Under the pieces are notes generated by a model. The model searched no databases, was not told the DNA's origin, and saw nothing but the letters and a program-made list of their open reading frames with translations. A stretch of DNA of 64,000 bases from IMG/VR virus record IMGVR_UViG_3300042322_000140, positions 228 through 64,227 of that record, one strand, 5' to 3'. Source of the DNA: a virus. Lineage: Duplodnaviria > Heunggongvirae > Uroviricota > Caudoviricetes. Positions 62,358-64,000 of the stretch are shown here, piece after piece. A program made the translations under genes and the position numbers. The first letter of the stretch is position 1. Every line of letters begins with the position of its first letter.

Positions 62358-64000
62358 TTATGCTCTTACTGGATAAGCTTCCACTGTAGGCAAGCTTGCC
62401 GCTGTAGCTAATGCGTTAACTAACGCTTCAACTCCTGCATATTTACATGCATCTACAAGTACGTGGTAGTCGATGTTCTCTACTACTTCTCCTGAGAATG
62501 ATTGTGCAAATCTATTTGTTCTAATTCTAATAGAATAGTCTACGTATTGTATTGTAGGTTTTAAGTGTGACTCTTGACCTAACACTAATTTACCGTAGTT
62601 ATTTCCTGCTAATCTTTGACGATTTTCAAAATATACTCTAGTACGCTCTTCTAAATCGTAAAATTGACCTCCCATTGCTTCTGGCTCAGTTCCAATAGAA
62701 AGTGCTTTTACTGCAAATCTACCGTTACTTCCTGCACTGAAAGATTCTGAAACCATTCCAGGTGCTGCGTTTGCAACAGATATTCTTGTAGAAGAATATA
62801 CGAATGGTAAATCATCTCTGTATTCTTCTGATCCTGCAAGTATATTAACTTTAGATTTTAAGTGAATACCCATTTTTGCTACACCAGAATAACTTACTGC
62901 CGCTGCTTCCCAATTTACTCCATTGAATGGTGTTGGTGCTTCTGCTGTAAATAAGTCTCTTAATAGTGGAGAACACTCTTCACATACAACAGTTGATAAC
63001 ACTGTAGTAGTGTAAACTGTTTGGCATGCTGCAGATGTTCCTGTTACAATTGTTAATTCTGGATATGCTGCTACAATTTCTGCAGTTTTAGGGTCTCCAC
63101 AGTTATCATCTGCTAATTGAATAGTAAATGTTTTTTCAACTGCGTTGCAAGTTCCTGATTCTGCCCATACAATAGCTGTAGTTGTTCCAGTACAATCTGG
63201 ATCCCCAGCACAATCATGCCCTTGGATCGAAATTGTTTGTGAAAAATTTGCCAATACTGTAGTAGCTGGTGCTAAGATTACATATGTAGAAGCTCCTCCT
63301 GCATAAGATTCTCTTTTTACTAAATGTGCTGGGTACTGTGCTTGTACTAAAGCCAATGCACTAGAATTTCCTGTATCTTGTACTGTTAAGCTGAAGAATG
63401 AAAACTCATTACCTATTGCTACAGTTGTTACGTTTGTGCTGTTTACTGGAGTAATATCAATATATTCAGTAATTGGAACTCCTCCTACTAAAGTGATTTC
63501 TTTTAATCTTTCTACTCCTTTTTCAACAATTTCATGCATTGTAAAAGTACCTGTATTTGGTGCCTCTAAGTAAAGTTTTACTGTAACTTTAGCTTCTGGG
63601 TAACCTAACATACCGATAGCGTCTCCAGATAATGTAATATCAATTACTTCATTATCTCCATTGCTTAATACGATTGCTGTATCATTATTGATACCATCGT
63701 AACCAATGATAAACTCATCTACAGAAACCCCTAATTTTGGAGCGTTTACTCTAATGTCTACAATCTCTGAAAGTTTGAAAGGCATTGAAGAATATGCTTT
63801 GTTAGATTGAGAACGAGTTGGTGTTAAAGGTGCGATACCTAATTTTAACTCGAATAATCTGTCTTTTGGAGTTGCTGGGAAAGTGTTTACTACCGCCATA
63901 CCTAATGCAGATGGTGTAGCTCCTTTATCAACAATACCAAACTGTCCTTTTGCTAATCTTGTAGAATAGCCATTATTCATTACTAAACCTTCGTTAGTTA
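62358..64000 (-). CDS. crAss-like capsid-associated structural protein (5' partial; frame open to the window edge)
   Basis: At least 540 aa, Ala/Thr/Val-rich, followed by a strong terminator; upstream codons ..TNEGLV stay open to 64000. Identity (auxiliary vs major capsid) not resolvable by eye. Confidence 0.5.
   Translation of the reverse strand, partial: TNEGLVMNNGYSTRLAKGQFGIVDKGATPSALGMAVVNTFPATPKDRLFELKLGIAPLTPTRSQSNKAYSSMPFKLSEIVDIRVNAPKLGVSVDEFIIGYDGINNDTAIVLSNGDNEVIDITLSGDAIGMLGYPEAKVTVKLYLEAPNTGTFTMHEIVEKGVERLKEITLVGGVPITEYIDITPVNSTNVTTVAIGNEFSFFSLTVQDTGNSSALALVQAQYPAHLVKRESYAGGASTYVILAPATTVLANFSQTISIQGHDCAGDPDCTGTTTAIVWAESGTCNAVEKTFTIQLADDNCGDPKTAEIVAAYPELTIVTGTSAACQTVYTTTVLSTVVCEECSPLLRDLFTAEAPTPFNGVNWEAAAVSYSGVAKMGIHLKSKVNILAGSEEYRDDLPFVYSSTRISVANAAPGMVSESFSAGSNGRFAVKALSIGTEPEAMGGQFYDLEERTRVYFENRQRLAGNNYGKLVLGQESHLKPTIQYVDYSIRIRTNRFAQSFSGEVVENIDYHVLVDACKYAGVEALVNALATAASLPTVEAYPVRA

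Noticed and set aside
1-64000. Stop-codon reassignment as seen in some crAss-like phages
   Set aside because: Genes of up to 2469 aa tile the window in the standard code, and TAG and TGA both end genes at tight junctions.

Overview
This AT-rich window is phage DNA. It most likely comes from a crAss-like (Crassvirales-related) podophage of a Bacteroidota host, probably Flavobacterium-like. Support: gene order (ring proteins, IHF-like gene, muzzle, cargo genes, three giant ejection proteins), TTTG-N19/20-TAnnTTTG promoters, A-rich starts without Shine-Dalgarno, and Flavobacterium-type adhesin domains. Bases 1-3708 (+) carry small hypothetical genes, a BT4734/VirE-N-type primase-like gene and a calcineurin-like phosphoesterase. 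Bases 3763-64000 (-) are the virion module. In transcription order: capsid-associated protein (runs off the window), holin, M15 endolysin, two spanins, collagen fibre, tail and fibre genes including a 2230-aa S74-chaperoned fibre, ring/IHF genes, a muzzle homolog split over three ORFs, four cargo genes, and giants of 1859, 2469 and 1907 aa. Top candidates for new biology: (1) the three giants hold only four Cys in 6235 aa, placed exactly at the facing termini, and two share an N-terminal Cys module, suggesting a head-to-tail disulfide-linked ejection chain; (2) the middle giant shows no RNA polymerase motif and is instead a polyvalent effector (ART-like, zincin, kinase-like, GNAT); (3) the cargo ORFs are punctuated by a [YF][QK]xGG motif and include a lytic transglycosylase + L,D-transpeptidase fusion; (4) the muzzle gene is split by a CPxGY-flanked adhesin cassette. 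All family calls come from motif recognition by eye; no searches were run.
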